Origin: Fibrobacteria bacterium | GTDB lineage: Bacteria; Fibrobacterota; Chitinivibrionia; Chitinivibrionales; FEN-1185 | Length of the DNA: 64,000 nt | NCBI GenBank assembly: GCA_037447435.1 | Contig: JBBIGR010000004.1 | Coordinates: forward strand, 96,001-160,000 | Direction: 5' to 3' | Shown here: one piece after another, positions 39,389-49,392 of the stretch | How the letters are laid out: each line of letters opens with the position of its first letter | Position numbering within the stretch: the stretch's first letter is position 1 | Notes under the pieces: generated by a model | Databases searched by the model: none | Told to the model about the DNA's origin: nothing | Seen by the model: only the letters and a program-made list of their open reading frames with translations | Translations under genes and position numbers: made by a program

Positions 39389-41344
39389 CTATTTGAGAAT
39401 CGGTAAAACGACGCTTCGTGTGCCGAAATGTTGTGCATCCAACACACACATATACGCACCGGAGCCGAGACTCGGCAACGCAAGGGTATGTTCACCTGCA
39501 GCGCCGTTTTTCATAGTTATCGGAAGCACGGTTTTTTGACCTGCAAAATTCACAATCGACAACGTTACCTTCGTGTCCTTCGGCAAGGAATAATAAAGCA
39601 TTGGTGTTTTACCGACATTGTAGGCTCTCACCATGAACGGCAAAACCTGCTTTTCAGTTTTCGCCGGCAAAAAGCCTGTTGTTGTTTCGCCTGAAAGAAC
39701 CAGGAGTGATACACCCGGTTGATATTGCGCATATGTCTTGGAAAATGTCGCATTGGTAATCGTAACCGTAGAAACGCTGTCGAGCAGTTTCAGCGTTCCA
39801 TCCGCCTGTAATTTATCCCATTGCGCAGAAGTCGGCTTCGCAGGGCGCCCTTGGCTTACCCAGGTGGTAAACGAATTGCTGTGGTCGTGATCTACGCCGT
39901 ATCGTTCTACTTTTACTTTGCTCGATTGAAACGGCAAATTCTTAACTTGTAATTTCATGGAATCTATGACCGTTGAAACCGTAGGGTTGGCACCGCTACC
40001 GTAATTGTGATCGTATATGAGGATTTGAACCTGGTTTTTATCCTTACTGACCGTTGCAATGCCGTTTAAGCCGGTAGTGGCGGTCGCCGCCGTGCCGCCC
40101 GTAAGTGACAAAACAGAATCTCCGAGCATATGGAGCATTTTAAACGCATTGAACGACGGTTTCTTTGCATCTCGTTGCCTAAGAATCATGCCCATTGCAC
40201 CGGCAAATGCTGACGTTGAGGACAAATTGGCTTCTTCAAAAATATCCGATATTACCCAAAAACTGAAAACATCGGGCGGCTGAACGCCTTGGTTCATTTC
40301 CGGAAACAGCGAATGCACCGCTTTGGCGGCAAATGATGCATTGCATTCGTCGTCAAAGTAATTATACCGGGCGCTTGCATTCCATTCGGTTTGCAGGTTC
40401 TCGAGTTTAAGCGTCGGGTATCTCTTGATAAATGCGTCAATCCCCCGTTGCCGCGGTGCAAAAGCCGTGGCATTTTGATCGCCTTCGCCCCACGGATATT
40501 GATGCCACGATATAAAATTCACCCTTGTACTTGTCTTTGCGGAGTTTGCATAGTTTTTCGAAATACAGTGGTTTAAAAATGTTTTGAGCAAACCGCCCGT
40601 ATCTGACAATGCCGATGCCGGCCCGCCTATTTTAATATTAGTATCGGCCTTTAGCGCTCCTTCGACGGCATAATCATACATATGCAAATAATCATCGTAT
40701 GTGCCGGTAAAAAACTGAGGATTAATGTCAGGTTCATTCCATACTTCCCAATGCCACGCTTCGATTTCTGAAGCACCGTATCGAGTCGCACTGTGTTTTA
40801 CGATTTCATAAATAAGATTCTGCCATTTGGTATAATCTTTTGGTTTTGTCACATTGCCCGGAACGCCGTTATACCAGCAGGTAGTGGTTGTTCCCGAAGC
40901 AAGAGCCGCCGGCATAAAGCTGAGCTCCACAATCGGTTTCCAACCAAGCGAGGTCACATAATCCATAATCGTATCGTAATTTTTCCAATTGTAAACAGGA
41001 TTGCCCGAAGCGTCTTCCTTGTAGATGCCGACATCGTCGTCCAAAATGCCGTGCGCGCGCACGCTTTTCATTCCGAGCTCGTTCTTTGCAATAGCGAATG
41101 CGGATCGGATATTCCCGCCGTAGGCCGTGTTGATAACGGTATACATATGGTCGGCACCGACGCATTTTTCCCAGAACCGGTTCAACGCCGACGTCGGCTT
41201 GCCTGCATCAACCGCTATGTTGTAGGTTGTCGCCGCAAAGGAATTATTTGACAAAACAAGCATACACCACATGCAAAAAAAAACGCTTTTTTTTACAAAT
41301 AACGGCGTTTTTTTCGCCGTTGAGAATATTTTGAAAACGTGCAT
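39389..41344 (-). CDS. Secreted GH39 beta-xylosidase-like glycoside hydrolase
   Basis: VRAHGILDDD, PIVELSFMP, WEVWNEPD acid/base, TEWN nucleophile, SFWVISDIFEE. Confidence 0.92.
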   Translation of the reverse strand: MHVFKIFSTAKKTPLFVKKSVFFCMWCMLVLSNNSFAATTYNIAVDAGKPTSALNRFWEKCVGADHMYTVINTAYGGNIRSAFAIAKNELGMKSVRAHGILDDDVGIYKEDASGNPVYNWKNYDTIMDYVTSLGWKPIVELSFMPAALASGTTTTCWYNGVPGNVTKPKDYTKWQNLIYEIVKHSATRYGASEIEAWHWEVWNEPDINPQFFTGTYDDYLHMYDYAVEGALKADTNIKIGGPASALSDTGGLLKTFLNHCISKNYANSAKTSTRVNFISWHQYPWGEGDQNATAFAPRQRGIDAFIKRYPTLKLENLQTEWNASARYNYFDDECNASFAAKAVHSLFPEMNQGVQPPDVFSFWVISDIFEEANLSSTSAFAGAMGMILRQRDAKKPSFNAFKMLHMLGDSVLSLTGGTAATATTGLNGIATVSKDKNQVQILIYDHNYGSGANPTVSTVIDSMKLQVKNLPFQSSKVKVERYGVDHDHSNSFTTWVSQGRPAKPTSAQWDKLQADGTLKLLDSVSTVTITNATFSKTYAQYQPGVSLLVLSGETTTGFLPAKTEKQVLPFMVRAYNVGKTPMLYYSLPKDTKVTLSIVNFAGQKTVLPITMKNGAAGEHTLALPSLGSGAYMCVLDAQHFGTRSVVLPILK

Positions 41345-41490
41345 TACCCGGCCCCCTTTTTTTGAAAATTATTGGGATAAAAAACTGGTACTTCGTGTCG
41401 CAGCCAACCTCTTTGCAGCAAAACAATCGTCATAAAATACCGTCATTTCATAGGGAAAACAAGAACTCAATCACAATGTGTATACATTAT

Positions 41491-41506
41491 GTAAACACGT
41501 GTTTAC
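41491..41506. promoter_or_regulatory. Perfect 16-bp palindrome, candidate operator between divergent GH39 and MFS genes
   Basis: GTAAACACGTGTTTAC. Confidence 0.55.
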
Positions 41507-41599
41507 CGAATTCAAATCGCACAGGCTATTTCAGAAAAAAGCTAAGCGCATAACTACCGGATCGAAAAACACGATTTGTTTACCGTTGAATGATATAAG

Positions 41600-42844
41600 G
41601 TGCGCAAAGATTATTTTAACGCCCTATTCATGAATATCATACATTCAATCAAATCCAAATTTCCCTCGATAAATCGGGATATTGCATTATTTATTTCCAC
41701 TATCGCCGCAATCGGTTTCGGCGATAGCATATTCAATTCGATTTTCAACAATTTCCTCAACGACACTTTCAGTTTAAAAAGTCTAGACCGGACTTTTTTA
41801 GAATTTCCAAGGGAATTACCCGGATTTTCCGTCATATTTGTTTCCGCAGCGTTATTTTTCATTCGAACAAAACGATTGGCGGTAATTTCGGCGGTTTGCG
41901 GCACCATCGGTCTTATTACAATGGCGCTGTTTTCCTTCAGCTTTCATTGGATGTTTGCGTGGTTGTTTATTTTCAGTTTGGGCCAGCATTTGTTCATGCC
42001 GCTTAGTACGAGTATTGGGATGGAACTTGCCAAACAGGGAAAAACCGGTCAACGTCTCGGGCAAATAAATGCCATCCGAAATTTTGCGGTCGTGCTCGGC
42101 AGCTTTTTTGTTTTTATCGGGTTTAAATTCTTAAATTTTAATTTCAAGATATGCTTTTTTATAGCAGCATCCCTGTACGTTATTGCGGCATTATTTCTTT
42201 TTTCCATGGACCCCGGTAACGCTCACGCACCTTCTACCCATTTAAAGCTTTACAAAAAATATTCGATGTACTACTGGCTGTCTATTTTATTCGGAACAAG
42301 GAAACAGATATTCCTGACTTTCGCGCCATGGGTTCTTGTAACCGTTTTCCATGAAAAAACCGCAATGCTGGCCACGTTGCTGACTATCGCCGGAATTGCA
42401 GGCATCGTGTTCCAACCGTTTTTAGGAAAAGCAATCGATAGCCTGGGTGAAAAGAAGGTTCTAATGCTTGAGGCCTTTTTCCTCATTTTCGTTTGCATCG
42501 GATACGGTTTTTCAAAAAATTTTTTCACCGAACAAATCGCATTACTCATTGCCAGCGTCTGTTTTATTGCCGACCAATTGCTTATGTCGGTAAATATGGC
42601 CCGATCAACCTACCTGCATAAAATTGCGATCAATAAAAGCCACATCACGCCTACTCTAACCATGTCGGTTTCCATCGACCATATTTTTTCCATTACCGTT
42701 GCATTAATCGGTGGACTGATTTGGTCAAAATTTGGCTATCAATCGGTTTTTTTGCTAGGAGCTGGAATTGCTGCGGTAAATTTAATTTCAGCGTTTTTCA
42801 TTACCCTACCGAAAATTTTACCCGAGTCCCAAAAGAATATGTAA
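41600..42844 (+). CDS. MFS transporter
   Basis: About 12 hydrophobic segments; EFPRELPG; GKAIDSLGEKKV loop motif. Confidence 0.88.
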   Translation: MRKDYFNALFMNIIHSIKSKFPSINRDIALFISTIAAIGFGDSIFNSIFNNFLNDTFSLKSLDRTFLEFPRELPGFSVIFVSAALFFIRTKRLAVISAVCGTIGLITMALFSFSFHWMFAWLFIFSLGQHLFMPLSTSIGMELAKQGKTGQRLGQINAIRNFAVVLGSFFVFIGFKFLNFNFKICFFIAASLYVIAALFLFSMDPGNAHAPSTHLKLYKKYSMYYWLSILFGTRKQIFLTFAPWVLVTVFHEKTAMLATLLTIAGIAGIVFQPFLGKAIDSLGEKKVLMLEAFFLIFVCIGYGFSKNFFTEQIALLIASVCFIADQLLMSVNMARSTYLHKIAINKSHITPTLTMSVSIDHIFSITVALIGGLIWSKFGYQSVFLLGAGIAAVNLISAFFITLPKILPESQKNM

Positions 42845-42921
42845 AAAAGAAACCCTTCGGGTGCTGTGTACCGAAGGGTTTTGGTAAGGTAGGCAAGGAG
42901 AGGTTAAACAACCTACCTTAC
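42843..42921 (-). ncRNA. Candidate small RNA with anti-SD loop and intrinsic terminator
   Basis: 10-bp perfect stem (42884-42893/42912-42921) with loop UUGUUUAACCUCUCCUUG, then 11-bp stem (42850-42860/42871-42881) and U-rich tail. Confidence 0.5.
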
Positions 42922-43091
42922 AGAGAATTTATCAAAGAATTCGTTAATTTTTTTATGTCTATAAACAATCTATTTAAAAGTTGATTATATGTTTTTAAAA
43001 AACCATTTTATATATATTTTAATTAACATCGGCTCGATTTTAATTACAAGAATAAATATACCGGAATAAATCAAAAAAAAAAACGACAAAA

Positions 43092-43871
43092 TTGTCGTTT
43101 TTTTTGTTCGCACCAAATTGTATGAATCCATTATTAAAAGAAGCCTATACGTTTTTCCAAAAGATGGTAAACGTATTGATTGTGGACAACGACGAGCAAA
43201 TCCTCGAATTGCTCAAGGCTATGTTCGCTTCACCGGTTTTTAACTTCGTTTCTTCAAGCTCGCTTTCCAGTGCCATGGAATTTATAGAGAAATCACAAAT
43301 TCGATGGCATTGCTGGATACTTGATATCGATTTAGCTTCAGAAGATAACGGCTTGAGCATTCTTTCTAAAAATTCCGGTTTTCCTTTCTCCATAATTTTA
43401 TCAGGATTACGATCCATGTCCATAGCAACCGATGCCATGAAACTGGGAGCAAGGGCCGTGGTCGATAAAGATCCTTTGGGATTAAGAAGATTATATACGG
43501 AAGTATGCCAAACCGCTGCGTTGGCATTTGTGTTGCATGGAAAACAAACGCCTTTTTTAAATTCATTTCTCCATTTACAAAATAAAAACGTGGTTTCATT
43601 GGAAGATTGGGCCGAAATTTCGGCAACGCCGGTACGGCAAATCCAAAGAATGTGCGGTCTTCACAATTCATTGACACCTCATTATGCCATAGCATTATAC
43701 CGGACAATCTTCTTTTTATTATGGCATTCGGATTTTCAGGAAGAAATCATATTGAACCCGATCGATAGTCAAGACAACGAACCTCAATTTAAAGATTATC
43801 AGCAGGCCATCGACTATATCATGAGGAAACTGCCTCATAAGCAACTTCGAGAGATACAGCGTACCGTATGA
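43092..43871 (+). CDS. Response regulator with C-terminal AraC-like half HTH (true start probably 43122 or 43164)
   Basis: VLIVDNDE, WILDIDL, ILSG, DKDP; LEDWAEISATPVRQIQRMC...LTP. Confidence 0.75.
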   Translation: MSFFLFAPNCMNPLLKEAYTFFQKMVNVLIVDNDEQILELLKAMFASPVFNFVSSSSLSSAMEFIEKSQIRWHCWILDIDLASEDNGLSILSKNSGFPFSIILSGLRSMSIATDAMKLGARAVVDKDPLGLRRLYTEVCQTAALAFVLHGKQTPFLNSFLHLQNKNVVSLEDWAEISATPVRQIQRMCGLHNSLTPHYAIALYRTIFFLLWHSDFQEEIILNPIDSQDNEPQFKDYQQAIDYIMRKLPHKQLREIQRTV

Positions 43872-43899
43872 ACGGCTTAAAAAAAAGTTTTTTTTCCGC

Positions 43900-44793
43900 A
43901 TGCATATTGTTACAATTGTCATATTTGTATTGAACATTGTTCTTTTTTATACAATCTCACATTTTAAATTACCCCCTTTTATCCCCTATCTATTGGTCGG
44001 CGGCTTTTTCATTTCATATTATATGGTATTTCTGCACTTGTTGCGCGCAAAAGAACAAACCATTCAAGACCAGCTGGACACGTTAAAAAACAATCACGGC
44101 ATGATACGCGGGCAAATGCATGATATTTCCAATTTCGTCGGCACTGCATACGGGTGGTGTCAATCGACATTCAAAACATCGGACCTTGAAAAAAAACGGG
44201 AGCATTGGCAAAAAGCAACTTATTCGTTCAATAAGGTTTCAGAACAGTTGCGAACGATTTCGACACTTTTGTCGGACACTGATACTATGGTGCAATTATC
44301 ATCGATGGCCCCGTCTACATTTATCAACGAACTTCGTTCTTTTGTAAGCCAATCATTTGCATTTGAAACGAAATTGGACGATTCGACCGCCCCGGTATTC
44401 CTTCCCCAAAGGATTTCCTTTGCAATCCCCCGTCACTTTACCGGCAAGCGACTTGCAATAGATCTGCGAGCGTTCAAAGACGTTCTACGACATCTCGTAT
44501 CGAATGCGGAAAAAGCCGATGCAACGTCCATGATCATTCTGTTCAACGAAAACATCGAAAAACAAGAATTGAACATCATCGTTAAGGACAACGGCACGGG
44601 TATTCCGCAAAGTATGCGCGGCGTTTTATTCAGGGAGAAAATCAATAGTGCCGGCGGCTCGGGAACAGGGCTGTTGCACGTACGGATGATTATAGAAAGT
44701 CATGGGGCAAAAATACGGCTCGGCTTGCCGCCTGCCGATTTGCAAGCAAAACAATGCACCGAATTTGTGATTTCGGGTTTGAAACTGGTATAG
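43900..44793 (+). CDS. Small membrane histidine kinase
   Basis: Two TM segments; MHDISN H-box, HLVSNAEKA N-box, DNGTGI, GSGTGL. Confidence 0.85.
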   Translation: MHIVTIVIFVLNIVLFYTISHFKLPPFIPYLLVGGFFISYYMVFLHLLRAKEQTIQDQLDTLKNNHGMIRGQMHDISNFVGTAYGWCQSTFKTSDLEKKREHWQKATYSFNKVSEQLRTISTLLSDTDTMVQLSSMAPSTFINELRSFVSQSFAFETKLDDSTAPVFLPQRISFAIPRHFTGKRLAIDLRAFKDVLRHLVSNAEKADATSMIILFNENIEKQELNIIVKDNGTGIPQSMRGVLFREKINSAGGSGTGLLHVRMIIESHGAKIRLGLPPADLQAKQCTEFVISGLKLV

Positions 44794-44842
44794 AAAAGCA
44801 AGTAAAAAACAAACAACAATCAATTCGGCACATTGCAATTAC

Positions 44843-44887
44843 AAATAAAAAAAGGAGCGATGATCGTTATCGTCCCTTTTTTTATTT
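44843..44887. terminator. Bidirectional terminator between convergent genes
   Basis: A7-GG...CC-T7 flanked imperfect hairpin. Confidence 0.65.
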
Positions 44888-44909
44888 AATGCCAATCGCA
44901 GACTAAAGG

Positions 44910-46727
44910 TCAATCGACATAAAACTGGCTGACATTGTCAATAATTTTTGCACGGTTTTTAATATCCAGATACCAGTCATAATAATTCTTCTGTGCAACA
45001 TCGTTGAGAATTTTTCTTTGCATTTCGGTTATTTCTGGGCTGCCCCACGGTATATCGGTAACCTTTTTATGCCACAAAGGCTTTACAATATAAAAAGAAC
45101 CGCTCGCTTCGATAAGGCCGGATACCTTGTTATCGGGCAATGCAAATGCCGCAGCAACAGGTTTATTGTTAAATCCGACTCCGGCAATATATTGTTCACG
45201 ACCGACGGTGTCTGTGGTACCGCTGACAAACAGCTGATCGAATTTGGAATATTGCGCAACTGCATTTTTATCGGGTATTGATTTCATTACTTCCTCAACA
45301 TGCGCTTTCGCTTTTGCTTTCCGCGACGCATCATTAAGGATCGTGGCGATTTTATCTCGTGCTGCAGGGAGAGGCAATATGCCCTTTTTGACTTTGAGCT
45401 TCACCTGAACGATATAATACCCATTGTCATTTTCCAAGAGATCGGAAACTTCTTTTTCCTCACGCTGGAATGCAAAGGTCGCCGCTCCCGGAACATAACC
45501 GAGTTTCGGCATCATTTCACCGCGTTTGAACAATCCGGTGGAGTCAACGATAACGGTGGTATCCCGCGGCGTCACGGATTTGATTCCGGATGCGACTATT
45601 TTCGCATGCAGGCTATCGGCCAAGCTGCTCAATTTATCTATTGTTTCCCCGGAAGGAACAATCTTCCGCAATATATGGCGAGCGCGTACCTGCTCTTTGC
45701 CGTCCTTTACCTGACGTTCATCGACGAAAATAATATGATAACCGAATCTGGTTTTCACCGGCATTGAAACCGTTTTGGGCTGAATCGAAAACGCAATTTG
45801 TTCGAATTCCGGAACCATCATGCCTTTGGAAATCCAACCAAGCTCTCCGCCTTGCGCACCGCTTCCCTCATCATCGGATTCCACGCGCGCTTCTTGGGCA
45901 AAATTCGAATCGTTATTATTGATTTTAGTTCTCAAAGCAACCAATTCGTCGTAAGTGGCTTTTTCATCTGCAGCGGTCGGCGATTTGGGAATGCGCACAA
46001 AATACAAATCCGCCTGATCGGGGGTCGTAAAAGAATCCTGATGCGCTTGATAATATTCGGATATTTTCGCATCGGTCACAGGGTCCGGTGAAAACCGGTC
46101 GCTGTTAAGAGCGGCATATTCGAAAACCGCTTTTTCTTTTTGTACTTTGTAATCGTAGGCGAGTTCCGCATTCGATTGGAAATTCTGCATAGACAATAGA
46201 AAACGAAGCGATTGCATGGGCACAAGGAAATCCCTCGTGTATTTTTCGAGCGATTGCATTCCTTCATTTTCGTAAATTGCGGGATTGTTTAAAAAAGCAA
46301 TGAATTTCGTGGTATCGAAGACGCTGTCGGTTTGGAATTGTTTTGCCTGATACACTTCCGGCGGAGGATTGCGTTTGATATATTCGAATATTTCGTCGGC
46401 AGAGGCACCGATGTTCATCTTCGCAAAAACGTCCTTGAGCAACAAGCGGCTTACTTCGGTTTCCCAGACTTGTTTCGGTACCATTCTGCTTTGTGCCGCA
46501 GGAACTTCCGCACCCTGGTATTGTTCGCGTTGCTTTTCACGTTCCGCACTCACCATTTTATCGAAATAGCGAAGGGATATATCTTTTCCATTTACCTTGC
46601 CGACGGCATCCTTCACCCGGTCGCGGCTCGAGAGGTCCATTCCCCAGGCAAAAACGATTGTCGCGACAAACGCGACAATAACGATCCACATGATAACCGC
46701 AGCATTTTTCCTCATCGACTGAATCAT
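44910..46727 (-). CDS. PpiD/SurA-like peptidyl-prolyl isomerase
   Basis: N-terminal TM anchor, SurA-N domain, parvulin motifs SDDEGSGAQGGELGW, VKTRFGYHII. Confidence 0.88.
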   Translation of the reverse strand: MIQSMRKNAAVIMWIVIVAFVATIVFAWGMDLSSRDRVKDAVGKVNGKDISLRYFDKMVSAEREKQREQYQGAEVPAAQSRMVPKQVWETEVSRLLLKDVFAKMNIGASADEIFEYIKRNPPPEVYQAKQFQTDSVFDTTKFIAFLNNPAIYENEGMQSLEKYTRDFLVPMQSLRFLLSMQNFQSNAELAYDYKVQKEKAVFEYAALNSDRFSPDPVTDAKISEYYQAHQDSFTTPDQADLYFVRIPKSPTAADEKATYDELVALRTKINNNDSNFAQEARVESDDEGSGAQGGELGWISKGMMVPEFEQIAFSIQPKTVSMPVKTRFGYHIIFVDERQVKDGKEQVRARHILRKIVPSGETIDKLSSLADSLHAKIVASGIKSVTPRDTTVIVDSTGLFKRGEMMPKLGYVPGAATFAFQREEKEVSDLLENDNGYYIVQVKLKVKKGILPLPAARDKIATILNDASRKAKAKAHVEEVMKSIPDKNAVAQYSKFDQLFVSGTTDTVGREQYIAGVGFNNKPVAAAFALPDNKVSGLIEASGSFYIVKPLWHKKVTDIPWGSPEITEMQRKILNDVAQKNYYDWYLDIKNRAKIIDNVSQFYVD

Positions 46728-46783
46728 AGCTTTTCTCCAGAACAAATGGTGTTAAATCGGGTGACACATGTAATACAAACAAA

Positions 46784-48631
46784 TCATTTCGTTTTTAATT
46801 TGAGCAAACTTTCGTACACGGCTTTATTACTGATAATCGCCAAGGCGCTTTTGAATTGCGAATCATCAAGCAGCTTCTGACGATTCACAAAATCGTTATC
46901 CTGTCCCAACTCCCGGACTAAAAACGCGTCGCGAAGATATGTTTTGATTTCCGTCTCATTTTTTGTAAACTCGCGCTTGTTTTCATCTGCCAAAATAGCT
47001 GCCAGCTGCGCACTGATTTTCTTTAAATGGTCCTGTTCCTCTTTAGTCCAATCGGGTTTGTTGCGCATTTTATTCAACGAATCGGCAACCGCTTTCTTCG
47101 TCGAATCTTTTACGGACGCCTCGTCGATGATGCCGGCACGGACCTTGAATTCGTCGAATACGATTTGCGCATAGCTTTGATAATTGAACTTTATTGAATC
47201 CAAATACGTATAGAAGTCCTTAAGTACGGCATTGTCTATTGCAAATGAATTGTCGATTTTGAGCTTCTTGGCTTTTAATTTCGGGTATTCGACATTTGCA
47301 AAGCCGAAGAACGCATCTTTAAGGAATAAAGCACGAATTAAAATTTCCGGGTATTTCTGTTGTACGACAGTGTCGGGAATGATTCCGCCTCCGCCGTGAA
47401 CAATGCGACCTTTGTTTGTTTTATACGTTGTCGTATCGGTCTTCGAAGCGCTCTTGCCCGTACTGTCTTTTTTAACAGAGTCTTTCGTCGCACCGTCTTC
47501 GGAATCCTCATCGTCCGATTTTTTCTTTCCGCGAATACCGTTTTCCGGTTTATTGATGCAACGGCCCGAAGGGGTGTAGTAAAAAGCCGTGGTTATTTTC
47601 ATATGGTTGACGTCGTCGATAGGCAGGATACTTTGCACCGAGCCTTTACCGAACGTCGTATCGCCCACGATCACTCCTCTATCCCAGTCTTGAATGGCTC
47701 CGGATACGATTTCCGAGGCGCTGGCGCTGCCGTTATTGACCAAAACGACCAACGGAATTTCGGGCGGAAGTATCGGATTGGTTGTCACATAGGATTCCTT
47801 ATTCTGGTTGGCGATTCTTCCCCGAGTATACACAACCAGCGATTTTTTTGGCAGAAATTTTTCCGAAACTTCAATTGCCTGCGGCAATAACCCGCCCGGA
47901 TTGTAGCGAAGGTCCAATATCACGCCTTTGATGTTCTTTTTAAGCAATTCTTTGAGCGCTTTTTCAACTTCGCTGCCGGCTTCTTCGGAAAATTGTTTCA
48001 AAGCGACATAACCGATACCGTTATCAAACACGCCCGAATACGGAACCGATTTGATATGAATTATTTCCCGGGTTATCGTATAATCGAGGTCTTTGGGTTC
48101 ACCGCGCCGGCGGATGGTGATGGAAACATCGGTGCCGGGTTCGCCGCGAAGTTTGCCTACTGCCTGATCGATGGTTATGCCGTCTGTTGATTTTCCGGAA
48201 ATCTTGAGGATTTGATCACCCGATTGTATTCCGGACCGTTCGGCTGGAGTACCGGGGATAGGCGTCATGACCGTCAGCACTTTGTCGCGAATGGAAATCT
48301 GAATGCCCAAGCCGCCGAATTTTCCTTCGGTTTGGATCATTAATTCTTCGTACTGTTTTTTCTCAAAGTAATTAGTGTGCGGATCGAGGATTTGCAGCAT
48401 TCCGTCTATTGCATTGTCAACCAGTTTTTTGGAATCGATGCTTTCAACGTAATTTTGATGAATTTTCGTGGCAACCCGTTCGAGTCGCATTATGTCGGCG
48501 TAAAAATTATCGTTTTCCGCTTTGGTAACGTCAAAAGCCAAGCCGGCAATAATAACGATAAGAATTGCCAGGCCAACCAAAGGTATCCGCGGGGACATGG
48601 GTTTGGGTCCGTTTCCATTTGTGCTATTCAT
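46784..48631 (-). CDS. S41 carboxy-terminal processing protease (CtpA/Prc-like)
   Basis: LDPHT, FGGLGI PDZ, DLRYNPGGLL, SASASEIVSGA, TFGKGSVQ. Confidence 0.95.
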   Translation of the reverse strand: MNSTNGNGPKPMSPRIPLVGLAILIVIIAGLAFDVTKAENDNFYADIMRLERVATKIHQNYVESIDSKKLVDNAIDGMLQILDPHTNYFEKKQYEELMIQTEGKFGGLGIQISIRDKVLTVMTPIPGTPAERSGIQSGDQILKISGKSTDGITIDQAVGKLRGEPGTDVSITIRRRGEPKDLDYTITREIIHIKSVPYSGVFDNGIGYVALKQFSEEAGSEVEKALKELLKKNIKGVILDLRYNPGGLLPQAIEVSEKFLPKKSLVVYTRGRIANQNKESYVTTNPILPPEIPLVVLVNNGSASASEIVSGAIQDWDRGVIVGDTTFGKGSVQSILPIDDVNHMKITTAFYYTPSGRCINKPENGIRGKKKSDDEDSEDGATKDSVKKDSTGKSASKTDTTTYKTNKGRIVHGGGGIIPDTVVQQKYPEILIRALFLKDAFFGFANVEYPKLKAKKLKIDNSFAIDNAVLKDFYTYLDSIKFNYQSYAQIVFDEFKVRAGIIDEASVKDSTKKAVADSLNKMRNKPDWTKEEQDHLKKISAQLAAILADENKREFTKNETEIKTYLRDAFLVRELGQDNDFVNRQKLLDDSQFKSALAIISNKAVYESLLKLKTK

Positions 48632-48768
48632 TCGTCTGCTTCCTTTAAGCCTTGTTCAAAAGGCCTTAAAAATGTTACGCTGGGCAGCTATTCGTACCTA
48701 TAAAAGTGCAAAGTTTTTAAAATACATCAGAAACGATAAATTCCATACTATTTATTCTCATACGGGTA

Positions 48769-49392
48769 TTATTGCAAACGTCCCATGATCGAATCCAAAA
48801 CTTTTTTAGACAAACCATCCATGGTTTCACTGCCTTGCAAAAGTACGATTCTCTGCGGATTTTTTCTGGCCAAAGCCAAATATCCTTCCCTGACCCTCAT
48901 AAAAAAATCCCTGCCGCTCGACTCAAGCCGGTCGGGTAATTTATCGGACTTTTTCAACCTTTCGATCGAAACATCGACATCGACATCAAAAATAAAGGTG
49001 AGCGCCGGCTCGATACCGGACGTGGAAAACGCATTGAGTTGCAACAGCGTATCCATGGAAAATCCGCGCCCAAACCCTTGATAGGCAAATGTCGCCTCCT
49101 GAAACCGGTCGCACAGTACCACCTCGCCGCGAGCCAATGCCGGTCCGATCACTTCGCGACAATGCTGCGCACGAGCCGCAAAATACAACAGCGCTTCGCA
49201 TTCATTGCTCATTTGTGAATTGTCGGGAGATAACAGCACGGTACGGATCTGTTCGGCGATATTCGTCCCGCCCGGTTCCCGGGTGACAAGATACGGCAGT
49301 TTTTTGTTTTTTAATGCGGTTGCGGCCATTGCAACTTGCGTGCTTTTGCCGCAGCCGTCGATGCCTTCGAAGGTTACAAACAATCCGCTCAT
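48769..49392 (-). CDS. tmk: Thymidylate kinase
   Basis: [28 protein letters not shown] overlaps the secA stop. Confidence 0.96.
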   Translation of the reverse strand: MSGLFVTFEGIDGCGKSTQVAMAATALKNKKLPYLVTREPGGTNIAEQIRTVLLSPDNSQMSNECEALLYFAARAQHCREVIGPALARGEVVLCDRFQEATFAYQGFGRGFSMDTLLQLNAFSTSGIEPALTFIFDVDVDVSIERLKKSDKLPDRLESSGRDFFMRVREGYLALARKNPQRIVLLQGSETMDGLSKKVLDSIMGRLQ

